A DNA stretch of 64,000 nucleotides from Pseudomonadales bacterium. Lineage in GTDB: Bacteria; Pseudomonadota; Gammaproteobacteria; Pseudomonadales; JAUIET01. The DNA is taken from contig JBGCDE010000065.1 in assembly GCA_045105115.1 (NCBI GenBank), positions 33,464-97,463 on the forward strand. The letters run 5' to 3'. Every line of letters begins with the position of its first letter. Within the stretch, counting starts at the first letter, position 1. A program made the position numbers and the translations under genes. Of this stretch, positions 17,679 through 28,146 are shown one piece after another. Below the pieces are notes generated by a model, which searched no databases, had not been told where the DNA came from, and saw nothing but the letters and a program-made list of their open reading frames with translations.

Positions 17679-18674
17679 ATGCAATCGACACGCTCAGTTT
17701 TCTATTTGGCAGCCATTCTGGTTTTTGCCCAAGTGTACTCAATCCGGCTTGCTGCCGATGACTCGCCGTTTGCAACCGCGAATAGAACGGTTTTCGTGCG
17801 CTCGCTTGGCTTGCCCAATATTGAAGATGCCCGCGAATTAGCTGCGCGGCAAAGCACCGCTGCATTTACTATCGAACAAACCAGTCAGTTTGCAATAGAT
17901 GACCAGGGGCTTGAGCAAGCTTTCCTTGATGGTGAATCCAGCACGGCAACACTTAAGCTTCGCCATGCGTTCACTAAGCGCTTTGTCATAGGCATGGATA
18001 TTCCATTTGTCTCGCATGATGGCGGGTTTATGGACAGCTTTGTGGAAGGCTGGCATAGAACCTTTGGCTTGCCAAATGCACGTCGCGAAGAGTTTTCTCG
18101 CGATCAATTGTTATTTACCGTAAACACACCGGAGGCTTCTGCGCGACTGGACAGCAGTGGCTCGGGCGTGGGTGATGTAGCACTGCTCGCCCAATATCAA
18201 TTATTGGCCTCTCAGCATGCGAATCTTAGCGCCCAACTTCGATTGGAAGCGCCCACTGGTAATGCCGAGAAATTGATAGGCTCCGAATCCTGGGACGTGG
18301 CATTGGGGCTGAATGCTTATCGAGGTCAATTAGCGGGCGACTGGCGAATGTCGTTTCATGGCAGCCTCGGCGTAGTTCTGCCGGGTAATTCTGATTTGCT
18401 TCCACAGCTGCAAAATGACAGTGTGGTGTATGGTTCGGCTGCTTTAGCGCTGCCTGTGTTTTACGAATGGTTAACACTCAAGGCGCAATTGGAAGCACAC
18501 TCCGCGTTTTACGACACCGACATCAAGTCATTGGGTTCAACGTCGGTGCAATTAACCTTTGGTGTCGGAATGCAGCTGGATAAACGCTGGAATCTGAACA
18601 TCGGCTTGAGCGAAGATATAGCGGTTCGCACGGCACCGGATTTTACTGTGGTCATGTCTCTGGAGTATCGCTAG
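17679..18674 (+). CDS. DUF3187 family putative outer-membrane beta-barrel protein
   Basis: Signal peptide, DGESS, HDGGFMDSFVEGWHRTFGLPN, C-terminal SEDIAVRTAPDF...EYR. Confidence 0.75.
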   Translation: MQSTRSVFYLAAILVFAQVYSIRLAADDSPFATANRTVFVRSLGLPNIEDARELAARQSTAAFTIEQTSQFAIDDQGLEQAFLDGESSTATLKLRHAFTKRFVIGMDIPFVSHDGGFMDSFVEGWHRTFGLPNARREEFSRDQLLFTVNTPEASARLDSSGSGVGDVALLAQYQLLASQHANLSAQLRLEAPTGNAEKLIGSESWDVALGLNAYRGQLAGDWRMSFHGSLGVVLPGNSDLLPQLQNDSVVYGSAALALPVFYEWLTLKAQLEAHSAFYDTDIKSLGSTSVQLTFGVGMQLDKRWNLNIGLSEDIAVRTAPDFTVVMSLEYR

Positions 18675-18685
18675 CTCAGCCACAA

Positions 18686-20788
18686 TCACGCGTTTCCATA
18701 AGACTCAGAGTCACCAATCCAGCGATCAATAAGCGCCTGAACACCATCAGGATACCGGTGCATATACGATTCGCCAGTGTGTTGCACCAGCTCGAGTAGC
18801 TCAGCATCTCTTTCCAAATCGGCAATTCGAAATTGCAGCATACCGGTCTGCCGTGTTCCTAACACCTCACCAGGACCGCGAATTTCGAGATCTTGCTCAG
18901 CAATATAAAACCCGTCTGTGCTGTTTCGCAGCGTGTCCAGTCTGCGCTTGCCGTTGACCGACAGTGGCTTTTGGTAAAGTAACAAGCAGTGGCTAGCTTC
19001 GCGCCCACGACCTACTCGACCGCGCAATTGATGAATCTGTGAGAGACCCAGTCGCTCTGCGTTTTCAATAATCATCAGGCTGGCATTCGGTACGTCTACA
19101 CCCACTTCAATGACGGTAGTGGCCACCAGAAGCTGGGTAGCGCCAGATTTGAAGCTATTCATTACCTCGGCTTTCTCTGCAGCTTTCATTCGGCCATGCA
19201 CTAATCCAACCTGTAAGTCAGGCAATGCCGTGCGCAGCTCTTCAGCTGTGCTTTCGGCGGCTTGCGATTGAATGGCCTCGGATTCTTCCACCAGCGTGCA
19301 TACCCAATACGCTTGTCTGCCCTGCTGGCAGGCTTTGTAAACACGTTCAACAACGCGGTCACGTGCGCCATTATCCAGAACACTGGTATGTACCGGCGTT
19401 CGCCCCGGCGGTAATTCATCAATAATGCTAACGTCCAGATCAGCGTAGGCGGCCATTGCCAATGTTCGCGGAATAGGTGTGGCGGTCATAATAATCTGGT
19501 GCGGGCAGACACCGGATTCCATGGCTTTTTTACGCAAGCTAAGTCGTTGATCAACGCCGAAGCGGTGCTGTTCGTCAATGATAATCAAACCAAGTCGCTC
19601 GTAACTCACAGCATCTTGAATAACCGCATGGGTACCTACGATAAAGTGAACGTCACCATTTGCAATGGCAGCCAAGGTTTCGCGTTTCTGCTTTGCTGTT
19701 TGTTGTCCGGACAACATGCCAACCGTGATACCCAGTGGACCAAACCAGTCGCTGAACGCGCGAAAATGCTGCTCAGTTAATATCTCGGTCGGCGCCATCA
19801 GCACCGCTTGGTAGTCGCTGCCTATGGCTTGTAATGCCGCAAGTGCTGCGACAACGGTTTTGCCGCAACCTACATCACCTTGCACGAGTCTAAGCATCGG
19901 TGTTTTCTCGCTGAGTTGCGCGCGCAGCTGGTCAGAGACTCGTGCTTGTGCCGCGGTTAGCGTAAATCCGAGTGCGCTCAGAAACTGTTGATGCAGTGCA
20001 TCATCGCCTGCAAGCCTGGGCGCCACCATTTGCTGAACTCGTTGGCGAACTTTGAGTAAGCTGAGGTGATGCGCCAACAGTTCCTCAAATGCCAGCCGTT
20101 GTTGACAGATTGACAGTAACTTTTGTTCGGATTTTTGTGGGGCGTGCAATATTCGCAAGGTTTTGGCCAAAGGAAATCGTGCAAACATCGCCAATGTTTC
20201 TTCGCCTTCTGGCAGATCTGCAATGAAATCAGCCGGTATCAATTCATCAATTGAATGCGATCCGAGTAATGGCAATACCTGATCCAGTAATTTTCTGAAA
20301 CTTGCCTGGTGCAAACCTTCAGTGCTTGGGTATACCGGTGTTAAAGCCTGTGGCAAGGGTGGGTCTGAAGCGTCGTCGTCAAGAATCGAATATTCCGGGT
20401 GAAAGCACTCAAGACTGTTACGCCCGAACCGGATTTCGCCAAAACAACGCAAACGTGTACCAACGGTCAGTCCGCGAGTCTGTGCGGCCGAGAAATGGAA
20501 CAAACGCATGCTGATGGCGGAATAATCCTGCTGCAACTTAATCACGAAGCTGCGCCGCCTGCCCGGCACAATGCCAGCTGCTTTGATAACGCCCTCAAAC
20601 AGACAGTGGGAGTTCGGCTTCAGTTGGCTTATGGGAGTGAGTTGCGTTCTGTCTTCATAGCGAAGCGGTAAATGAAACAGCAGTTGTTGGGGCGACTCGA
20701 TACCTATACGCGCGAGCCGTTCGCGGGTTTTGGGGCCGACACCTTTTAGATCGCTAAGCGATTTCTGGTTAAGAATTTCTTGCGTCAA
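18686..20788 (-). CDS. recG: ATP-dependent DNA helicase RecG
   Basis: LKGVGPK, QGDVGCGKT, IIDEQHRFG, MTATPIPRTL, QLRGRVGRG; probable TTG start at 20788. Confidence 0.97.
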   Translation of the reverse strand: MTQEILNQKSLSDLKGVGPKTRERLARIGIESPQQLLFHLPLRYEDRTQLTPISQLKPNSHCLFEGVIKAAGIVPGRRRSFVIKLQQDYSAISMRLFHFSAAQTRGLTVGTRLRCFGEIRFGRNSLECFHPEYSILDDDASDPPLPQALTPVYPSTEGLHQASFRKLLDQVLPLLGSHSIDELIPADFIADLPEGEETLAMFARFPLAKTLRILHAPQKSEQKLLSICQQRLAFEELLAHHLSLLKVRQRVQQMVAPRLAGDDALHQQFLSALGFTLTAAQARVSDQLRAQLSEKTPMLRLVQGDVGCGKTVVAALAALQAIGSDYQAVLMAPTEILTEQHFRAFSDWFGPLGITVGMLSGQQTAKQKRETLAAIANGDVHFIVGTHAVIQDAVSYERLGLIIIDEQHRFGVDQRLSLRKKAMESGVCPHQIIMTATPIPRTLAMAAYADLDVSIIDELPPGRTPVHTSVLDNGARDRVVERVYKACQQGRQAYWVCTLVEESEAIQSQAAESTAEELRTALPDLQVGLVHGRMKAAEKAEVMNSFKSGATQLLVATTVIEVGVDVPNASLMIIENAERLGLSQIHQLRGRVGRGREASHCLLLYQKPLSVNGKRRLDTLRNSTDGFYIAEQDLEIRGPGEVLGTRQTGMLQFRIADLERDAELLELVQHTGESYMHRYPDGVQALIDRWIGDSESYGNA

Positions 20789-20850
20789 GTCGCAACCTGT
20801 ACCCAATTCAAATGCAGTGCAAGCATAGCGCATTGACGTACAATAGCACT

Positions 20851-21723
20851 GTGAAAAAACCTTCTCTGCTCATCATAGGCTGTGGTGCGATCGGCAATGC
20901 GATTGCTGCCCAGAATTCCACCAGGTCTGTGTGGCAGCTGCACGGCGCGCGACGCAATGTTGATAAATTGGCGCCAGAGATTTCTGGCCACCGTGTCGAC
21001 TACACGGATGCAGCTGCTGTTAGCCAATTGTTATCAGACTGCGTAGCCGATTACTTGTTGCTGACGTTTACGCCTTTTTCATACAGTGATGAGGGGTATC
21101 AGCAAGCGTATGTGGTTGGCGTGCGTAATGTGCTGGCGGCACTTCGCCAGCCACCGAAGCGGATAGTATTTGTTTCGAGTACCAGCGTGTATGGTCAGCA
21201 CAACGGCGAGTGGGTTGATGAAGAGTCTGATGCAGTACCGACCGGTTTTAGTGGCCGAGTAATGCTGCAGTGCGAGCAGATGTTAGCAGACAGTGCAGTA
21301 CCCTCTACCAGTATTCGCTGTGGGGGTATTTATAACTCGACAAGTACCCGGCTTGTAGACGCGGTGCGCGAAGGTCGGTTCAGCGCAAGCAATCACTTTA
21401 CTAACCGCATTCATCGTTACGATTGTGCCGCAGCGATTTTGCATTTGTTGAATCTGGATGTGCTTGGTCAGGCAGTACAGGCGTGCTACCTGGGTGTGGA
21501 CAGCGAGCCCGCGCGCAAGCTTGAGGTAGAGCGTTGGCTGGCTGCACGATTGGGTATTGCTTATCCTGAGAGTGTTCAAGCCCACAATGACAATGAGGTT
21601 TCGCAGCGCAAAGTAGGTAGTAAGCGTTGTAACAACCAGCGCTTACTGGATAGCGGTTTTCAATTTCGCTACCCGGATTTTCGTGATGGTTATGGAGAGG
21701 TGATCCAATTGGTCAGCCGCTAA
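20851..21723 (+). CDS. NAD(P)-dependent epimerase/dehydratase (atypical SDR)
   Basis: IIGCGAIG, FVSSTSVYG, WVDEES, TNRIH motifs; GTG start at 20851. Confidence 0.9.
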   Translation: MKKPSLLIIGCGAIGNAIAAQNSTRSVWQLHGARRNVDKLAPEISGHRVDYTDAAAVSQLLSDCVADYLLLTFTPFSYSDEGYQQAYVVGVRNVLAALRQPPKRIVFVSSTSVYGQHNGEWVDEESDAVPTGFSGRVMLQCEQMLADSAVPSTSIRCGGIYNSTSTRLVDAVREGRFSASNHFTNRIHRYDCAAAILHLLNLDVLGQAVQACYLGVDSEPARKLEVERWLAARLGIAYPESVQAHNDNEVSQRKVGSKRCNNQRLLDSGFQFRYPDFRDGYGEVIQLVSR

Positions 21724-21748
21724 GCAAGCCGCTTGACTGCTGTCTCAA

Positions 21749-22132
21749 CTACAAAGCTAAAATAGCCTCTACCTCCAGATCACAGTCCTTGGGCAAGGCG
21801 GCAACGCCAACGCAAGCTCTGGCCGGATAAGGTTCGTTAAAGTACTCTTTCATCACTTCGTTCACCGCCGCAAAATTGCCAAGATCCGGAAGAGATATAT
21901 TCACTTTTACCGCGTTATCTAAGGTGCCGCCTGCCGCAACTGCTACTGCGCGCATGTTTTGGAAAACGCGATGCGCTTGTGCAGTGATGTCGCCTTCGAC
22001 CAGTTCCATGGTGTCTGGATCAAGCGGAATCTGACCGGATACATAAACGGTCGATCCTACTTTAATAGCTTGAGAGTATGGCCCAATCGCAGCAGGGGAT
22101 TGATCGGTATGAATAACTTCTTTTGTGCTCAT
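21749..22132 (-). CDS. ridA: RidA/YjgF family reactive intermediate deaminase
   Basis: PAAIGPYSQA, VSGQIP, YPARACVGVAALPK. Confidence 0.93.
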   Translation of the reverse strand: MSTKEVIHTDQSPAAIGPYSQAIKVGSTVYVSGQIPLDPDTMELVEGDITAQAHRVFQNMRAVAVAAGGTLDNAVKVNISLPDLGNFAAVNEVMKEYFNEPYPARACVGVAALPKDCDLEVEAILAL

Positions 22133-22163
22133 TGCTTAGTCTACTCAGTGCTCAGCTTAGTAC

Positions 22164-24290
22164 TCAGGATTTCATTCGGGATACGGACGCAACGGATTTC
22201 ATCGCTCTAATGCGCTTCATGATACGGGCCAGATGTACCCGATCATGAACCCCTATCTCCAGCCGGACCACAGCTGTTTTTGCGTCCCGGTCTTCAGTGT
22301 TTATCTTTTCAATAGGCGCGTCAAGACTGCTCACCTTATTGGCAAGTTCCGCGATCGCACCACGTTGTTGCGCCAACTCAACACGCAGCTCTACCTGGAA
22401 CTCGCCTTTGGCTTTGTCGTGCCAGGTCAGCTCAATGCAACGTTCGGGATTATCACGAAACTCGGCAATGTTTCTACAATTGGCGACATGCACCACGATG
22501 CCGCGACCAGCGCTGATGTGGCCTGCAATCGGGTCACCCGGAATGGCGTGGCAGCACTTGGCAAAACTAACCATCATTCCTTCTGCACCATTGATAACGA
22601 AAGAGTCGTCACTGGTACTGCTGGGCTTGGCGCTGGCCTTGCTCACAATTTTTTCCGGCACCAGCCGTCGTGCAGTCAAATAAGCCACTCGATTGCCAAG
22701 ACCAATGTCTTCCAGAATCAAATCGAAATTGTCGTAGCCTGTTTCGTCCAGCAGCGTCTGAATACGCTTCTTATCCATTTTCTTATAACTGGTATTGAGA
22801 TTTTCCAAGGCTTTATCAAGTAGCCTGCGCCCGAGTTCGATGGCTTCTGTGTGGCGCTGATTTTTAAGAAAATGACGAATATTGCTGCGTGCTTTGCCGC
22901 TCACAACGAAGTTCAACCAGGAAGGGTTGGGTTGCGATCCGGGTGCGGTAATAATTTCCACTGTTTCCCCGCTTTGCAATTGCTCACTCAATGGCGCGAA
23001 ACGCCGGTTAATACGACAGGCGACGCAGCTGTTGCCAACATCGGTATGCACTTCATAGGCGAAATCAACAGCGGTAGAGCCGCTGGGCAGCGCGCGAATT
23101 TCACCTTTGGGCGTGAATACGTAAACTTCTTCCGGAAATAAATCGGTTTTAACGTGTTCAATAAATTCTTGAGAATTACCAGCACTTTGCTGCAATTCGA
23201 GCAAGCTTTGCACCCATTGCCGTGCACGGGTATGAGAGTTGACGTCTGTATTGTCATCCCCACTTTTGTATAGCCAGTGCGCGGCAATACCTTTGTTAGC
23301 CAGCTCTTCCATTCCTTCAGTTCGAATCTGAATTTCGATCGGCACGCCGTGCATGCCAAACAAAACGGTATGCAGGCTTTGATAGCCATTTGCTTTAGGA
23401 ATAGCGATATAGTCTTTGAAATGACCAGCCACCGGTTTATACAAATTGTGCACGGCACCCAGCACGCGATAACAAGTATCTACATCTTCAACAACAATGC
23501 GAAAAGCATACACGTCCATAATTTCTGAAAAGGACTTTCGCTTGGTACGCATCTTCTCGTAAATGCTGAACAGATGCTTTTCTCGGCCCAGTACTCTGGC
23601 GCTTAGGTCCTCATTCCCCAAGCGGTCTTCCAGGGCCGCTTTGATCTGCTGCAATACTTCTTTGCGATTGCCTCTGGCGGAGCGAACCGCCGCTTCAATC
23701 CGCCGTGCCCGCATTGGGTACATTGCGGTAAATCCCAGGTCTTCCAATTCAACCCGGGTCGTATTCATGCCCAGGCGGTTGGCAATCGGCGCATAGATTT
23801 CGAGAGTCTCGACCGCGATTCGGCGCCTTTTATCCACACTGAGCACACCCAGCGTGCGCATGTTGTGCAATCTGTCAGCCAGTTTGATCAAAATTACGCG
23901 GATGTCGCGCGACATGGCCAGTGCCATTTTCTGAAAATTCTCAGCCGCCGCTTCGGCACGTGAGCTGAAGCCTATTTTCGCAAGCTTTGACAAACCGTCC
24001 ACCAGTTCGGCCACGGTTTCTCCGAACTGCTCAGCGATCGCGTCTTTATCAACGCCGGTATCTTCGATTACATCGTGCAGCATGGCGGCCATCAGACTTT
24101 GGTCGTCCATGTGCATGTCGGCAAGAATGTAGGCAACGGCCAGGGGGTGGGTAACGTAGGGTTCACCGCTGCGTCTGGTTTGGCCGTCGTGCGCTTGCTC
24201 GGCGAAATAGTAAGCGCGCTTTACTTGCTGAATCTGAGCAGCAGGCAGGTACTCACAAAGTGAGTTCGCTAGGGTATCGATTGTTTGCAA
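22164..24290 (-). CDS. spoT: Bifunctional (p)ppGpp synthetase/hydrolase
   Basis: HDGQTRRSGEPYVTHP, LHDVIED, KLADRLHNMRTL, KANGYQSLH; TGS and ACT domains. Confidence 0.97.
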   Translation of the reverse strand: MQTIDTLANSLCEYLPAAQIQQVKRAYYFAEQAHDGQTRRSGEPYVTHPLAVAYILADMHMDDQSLMAAMLHDVIEDTGVDKDAIAEQFGETVAELVDGLSKLAKIGFSSRAEAAAENFQKMALAMSRDIRVILIKLADRLHNMRTLGVLSVDKRRRIAVETLEIYAPIANRLGMNTTRVELEDLGFTAMYPMRARRIEAAVRSARGNRKEVLQQIKAALEDRLGNEDLSARVLGREKHLFSIYEKMRTKRKSFSEIMDVYAFRIVVEDVDTCYRVLGAVHNLYKPVAGHFKDYIAIPKANGYQSLHTVLFGMHGVPIEIQIRTEGMEELANKGIAAHWLYKSGDDNTDVNSHTRARQWVQSLLELQQSAGNSQEFIEHVKTDLFPEEVYVFTPKGEIRALPSGSTAVDFAYEVHTDVGNSCVACRINRRFAPLSEQLQSGETVEIITAPGSQPNPSWLNFVVSGKARSNIRHFLKNQRHTEAIELGRRLLDKALENLNTSYKKMDKKRIQTLLDETGYDNFDLILEDIGLGNRVAYLTARRLVPEKIVSKASAKPSSTSDDSFVINGAEGMMVSFAKCCHAIPGDPIAGHISAGRGIVVHVANCRNIAEFRDNPERCIELTWHDKAKGEFQVELRVELAQQRGAIAELANKVSSLDAPIEKINTEDRDAKTAVVRLEIGVHDRVHLARIMKRIRAMKSVASVSRMKS

Positions 24291-24378
24291 CGGTCGCTAA
24301 TCCGTTAGTGGCAGGCGGCGCAAGAGGGAAACTGGCTGCATTACTTTGTGTAAGCAGGCCAGTTCCGCTTGCTGGTAA

Positions 24379-24858
24379 CTATTCGCTGGCAGGGGCGTCT
24401 GGCTCTGCATTGCTCGCAGCTTGCAGTGCGCGAATCAGTGCGTCGGTATCCAGATCGTCAGCAGGTGCTGCTGCGGCTGGTTCGCTGGGCTGCTCTTCGC
24501 TAGCTGCTGGCGGCGGTGCAATGGCTTCTGCGTCGTTTTGGTAAGACTCAGAGCGACGGAATGCGCCAAGCCCCTGATGCTGAGTCATGCCGCCTGTTTC
24601 AGTTTCACCGGACACGACTAGATCCATTTCATGCTCGAAGTTCTCTTCGGCTTCCTCGGTCTCGCGCAGAATGTCGTCGTTGATCAGGTTTTCCTTGATC
24701 TCACGAAGAGCGATAACCGTGGGCTTGTCGCCGTCTTCTTTCACCAATGGCTCTTTGCCGCCAGTGGCTATTTGTCTGGCTCTTTTGCTTGCGATCATCA
24801 CTAGATCAAAGCGATTGCCTACATTTTCGAGACAATCTTCAACTGTAACGCGTGCCAT
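24379..24858 (-). CDS. rpoZ: RNA polymerase omega subunit with long acidic C-terminal extension
   Basis: [30 protein letters not shown]...[11 protein letters not shown]; between gmk and spoT; 159 aa. Confidence 0.95.
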   Translation of the reverse strand: MARVTVEDCLENVGNRFDLVMIASKRARQIATGGKEPLVKEDGDKPTVIALREIKENLINDDILRETEEAEENFEHEMDLVVSGETETGGMTQHQGLGAFRRSESYQNDAEAIAPPPAASEEQPSEPAAAAPADDLDTDALIRALQAASNAEPDAPASE

Positions 24859-25082
24859 TTCCGGTACCTTAAATGTGCTGCCGTTAGACTCTTTGCCTGA
24901 ACACGCTGCTAATCGAGCTATATCCAGCAAAATACGGCGAAGTATAGTGAGTGTAAAGCGAGGCAAATCGCCTCGATCGAACCCGATATTGTAGCGTAGA
25001 TGCCCCCCACAAACAATTCGTAGAGAGCATGTGTGCACAAAGTTGACTATTTAGAAGCGGCCACCTTCTTTTGACGGTTTGC

Positions 25083-25721
25083 CTAGGCTAGCAGTTCAGC
25101 TAATAAATGGGCGTGTTGTTGCTGCTGGCGGGCCAAGGAAAGGCGCTGGCCCTGCACAATATGCTCGAGCTCAGCCAACGCAGTCTCAAAGACCTCGTTA
25201 ACCACCAAATAATCGGCAGCGCCGTAGTGGCTGATCTCATTTACAGCCGCTTGCATGCGCCCGGCTATAACGGCTGCATCATCCTGGCCACGACCCGTCA
25301 GGCGCTCTTCCAGCGCCTGCAATGACGGTGGCAGTATGAAAATCGACATTGTCTCTGGCAGCTGTTGCTTGATCTGCTCAGCACCCTGCCAATCAATTTC
25401 CAGAATTACATCATTGCCACTGGCTAGTATGGCTTCAACTTCCGCTCTTGAGGTGCCATAGCTGTTGCTAAATACTGTGGCGTGCTCAAGAAAGTCGCCC
25501 GCTACACGCATTGCAGAGAATTGAGCTTGATCAACGAAATGATAGTTAACGCCGTCATGCTCACCGGCGCGTCGCAATCGAGTGGTGTGTGACACCGACA
25601 CGCTGATGTTAGGTACTGCTGCAATCAGTGCTTGCACCAGGCTTGTTTTGCCGGCACCGGATGGCGCGGAAACCGTAAACAGTTGTCCGCCGGCTTTGTT
25701 CTGTTGTTCAGTGCTATTCAA
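25083..25721 (-). CDS. gmk: Guanylate kinase
   Basis: SAPSGAGKTSL, SVSHTTR, YGTS, LEIDWQGA; start taken at TTG 25721 (uncertain). Confidence 0.95.
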   Translation of the reverse strand: MNSTEQQNKAGGQLFTVSAPSGAGKTSLVQALIAAVPNISVSVSHTTRLRRAGEHDGVNYHFVDQAQFSAMRVAGDFLEHATVFSNSYGTSRAEVEAILASGNDVILEIDWQGAEQIKQQLPETMSIFILPPSLQALEERLTGRGQDDAAVIAGRMQAAVNEISHYGAADYLVVNEVFETALAELEHIVQGQRLSLARQQQQHAHLLAELLA

Positions 25722-25833
25722 AAGGCTGTCATACTGTAAGTAGTGCGCTGTGCCTATCACGTTGCGCACGCTGTAGACGCGTATTGTACTCATCTCTAGC
25801 CCAAGAACGACAACCCGAAAAACAGGAATATTC

Positions 25834-26553
25834 ATGCAACGACCCAGTGGCCGCCGCGCAGATCAACTGCGCAGTTTGAAATTTACCCGTAACTACACCA
25901 GCCACGCTGCCGGATCAGTATTAGTTGAAGTTGGAAATACGCGCGTGCTGTGCACCGCCAGTGTTGAAAAAGGGGTTCCCAGATGGCTGCGCGGGGGCGG
26001 TTCTGGCTGGCTTACAGCCGAATACGGCATGTTGCCTAGTGCCACCAACGAACGTGTGGCCCGTGAGGCCGCGCGCGGCAAGCAATCGGGAAGAACGGTA
26101 GAGATTCAACGTTTGATCGGTCGTTCACTGCGAGCTGCTCTGGATATGCAAAAGCTTGGCGAGAACACCATCACCATCGATTGTGATGTGTTGCAGGCCG
26201 ATGGTGGAACGCGCTGCGCCTCGATTTCCGGTGCGGCGGTTGCTTTGAGCGACGCCGTGGCGCATCTGATCGACATTAAGCGTGTGAAAGAGAATCCGAT
26301 CATTGGAATGGTGTCTGCAGTCTCCGTGGGCGTGTATGAAGGCGAAGCGGTGCTTGATCTGGACTACGCGGAAGATTCACGCGCTGAGACCGATATGAAC
26401 GTTGTAATGCGTGACGCAAAAGGTTTTATTGAGGTGCAGGGTACGGCTGAGGGTGAACCCTATTCACCGGAGCAGCTGCAAGCCATGTTGGATCTTGCTC
26501 AGCACGGCCTACGCCAAATTATGCAAGTGCAGAAAATGGCGTTGTCGCAGTAG
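25834..26553 (+). CDS. rph: Ribonuclease PH
   Basis: [42 protein letters not shown]. Confidence 0.97.
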   Translation: MQRPSGRRADQLRSLKFTRNYTSHAAGSVLVEVGNTRVLCTASVEKGVPRWLRGGGSGWLTAEYGMLPSATNERVAREAARGKQSGRTVEIQRLIGRSLRAALDMQKLGENTITIDCDVLQADGGTRCASISGAAVALSDAVAHLIDIKRVKENPIIGMVSAVSVGVYEGEAVLDLDYAEDSRAETDMNVVMRDAKGFIEVQGTAEGEPYSPEQLQAMLDLAQHGLRQIMQVQKMALSQ

Positions 26554-26602
26554 CATCGCTCTAGCAGTTAGTAGCACTCTGGCAGTGGCTTTCACGCCGC
26601 TG

Positions 26603-27361
26603 CTAGAGGTCCATCTCATAATCGATAATGACCGGAGCGTGGTTTGAAAATAGTTCGCCGCGATAGACAGCGGCGTGTTCCACTGTTCCGCGCAAACCTT
26701 CAGACACTACCTGAGTATCAACCCGCCAACCGTTAAGGTCTCGCTCGCCTTCTGGCCACCAGGTGTATTCGTCGTCATCTGTTTCGGCCAGGCGAAACGC
26801 GTCTGCATAGCCTAGATCGTCGTACAGCTGACCGAGCAAATCGCGCTCTTCTTCAAGAAAACCAGTCACTTCACGCGGGTTTTGCATATCCGTATTTTCA
26901 AAGGCAATGTTCCAGTTGCCAGTCAGAATATATTCGCGGCGTTTATTTCGTACTTTAGAGAAATGCGCTAGAAACTGATCGAAGAAGCGCATTTTGCGTT
27001 CTTGCGATTCCGGTTCGCCTTCTATTGCGATGGGTGCTAGAAAAGAACCAACGCTATAACGCTCAAAGTCTGCTTGAACGTATAAGCCGTCTACGTCAAA
27101 TTCTGCGAAGCCAAGCCCCGTCATGATGGCCTTGGGCAATTCACGAGTGTAGATGGCGACACCATTCGTATTTGATTCAACGGCGTCAAAAAAGTAGGCG
27201 TTGTATTGCGAAGGGAAGCAGGCGTCGTTCTTGATGTCGTATTCACCAACGCGCAAATCCTGCACGCAAATAAAGTCAGCGTCTTGTTTCGTCGCCCACT
27301 CGAAAAACCCTTTTTGCGCGGCTTCCTCCAAACCTTCCGCGCAGAAGTTAATGACTCTCAT
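26603..27361 (-). CDS. crc: Catabolite repression control protein Crc (ExoIII fold, degenerate active site)
   Basis: ExoIII fold with QDLR, GNWN and FSNHAP in place of QE, GDxN and SDH; PKAIMTGLGF, KRREYI; rph-crc-pyrE synteny. Confidence 0.8.
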   Translation of the reverse strand: MRVINFCAEGLEEAAQKGFFEWATKQDADFICVQDLRVGEYDIKNDACFPSQYNAYFFDAVESNTNGVAIYTRELPKAIMTGLGFAEFDVDGLYVQADFERYSVGSFLAPIAIEGEPESQERKMRFFDQFLAHFSKVRNKRREYILTGNWNIAFENTDMQNPREVTGFLEEERDLLGQLYDDLGYADAFRLAETDDDEYTWWPEGERDLNGWRVDTQVVSEGLRGTVEHAAVYRGELFSNHAPVIIDYEMDL

Positions 27362-27400
27362 GATCGCCCCTGGAACTTTAAGCGTGTATCATAATTGCAA

Positions 27401-28045
27401 ATGAATGACTATCAAACAGATTTTATTCAGTTGGCGCTGGAAAACGATGTACTCCGCTTTGGTGAGTTCACACTCAAGTCGGGTAGATGCAGTCCGTATT
27501 TTTTTAACGCCGGTTTAATTCGCTCAGGCACAGCGCTTAGACGCACGGGAAATGCGTACATGCAGGCGGTTGAAGCGGCCGGGTTTGAATTCGATATGTT
27601 GTTTGGGCCGGCGTACAAGGGAATACCGCTGGCCAGTGCGGCTGCTATTGCATGGAGTGAGAGCAGTGGCAGAGATATTCCAGTTGCCTACAACCGGAAG
27701 GAAGCGAAAACGCACGGCGAAGGCGGCACAATAGTTGGTGGGCCGTTGGCCGGTCGCGTGCTGATTGTGGATGACGTGATTACGGCGGGTACCGCGGTTC
27801 GTGAAGTAATTGACATGATTGATGCGGCGGGTGCGACGCCAGCTGGCATAGTAGTGGGGCTTGATCGGCAAGAACGCGGCAAAGCGGACCAGTCTGCGAT
27901 TCAGGAGCTGCAGGCTGAATATGGTATACCCGTCACCAGCATTGTCAGTTTTGCGAACCTGATCACATTTCTGGAGGCAGCAGGTGCCAGTAGCAGTGCA
28001 CAACTGCAGCAAATGCACTTATACCGTGAAGAATTCGGTATTTAG
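27401..28045 (+). CDS. pyrE: Orotate phosphoribosyltransferase
   Basis: FTLKSGRCSPYFFNAG, FGPAYKGIP, NRKEAKTHGEGG, VDDVITAGTA. Confidence 0.97.
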   Translation: MNDYQTDFIQLALENDVLRFGEFTLKSGRCSPYFFNAGLIRSGTALRRTGNAYMQAVEAAGFEFDMLFGPAYKGIPLASAAAIAWSESSGRDIPVAYNRKEAKTHGEGGTIVGGPLAGRVLIVDDVITAGTAVREVIDMIDAAGATPAGIVVGLDRQERGKADQSAIQELQAEYGIPVTSIVSFANLITFLEAAGASSSAQLQQMHLYREEFGI

Positions 28046-28146
28046 CAGTACTTTTTCTCTATTAGGCGATCTATATTGCCCCGTTCAGTGATTGTTCAAC
28101 GTTTTTTGGCTAAAATCATGATTACGGTTATCTATAGCGTTAAGCG

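Noticed and set aside
24859-25038. 60-aa N-terminal extension of RpoZ in the ORF track
   Set aside because: Omega conservation begins at MARVTVED (24858); the upstream sequence looks like promoter/UTR.
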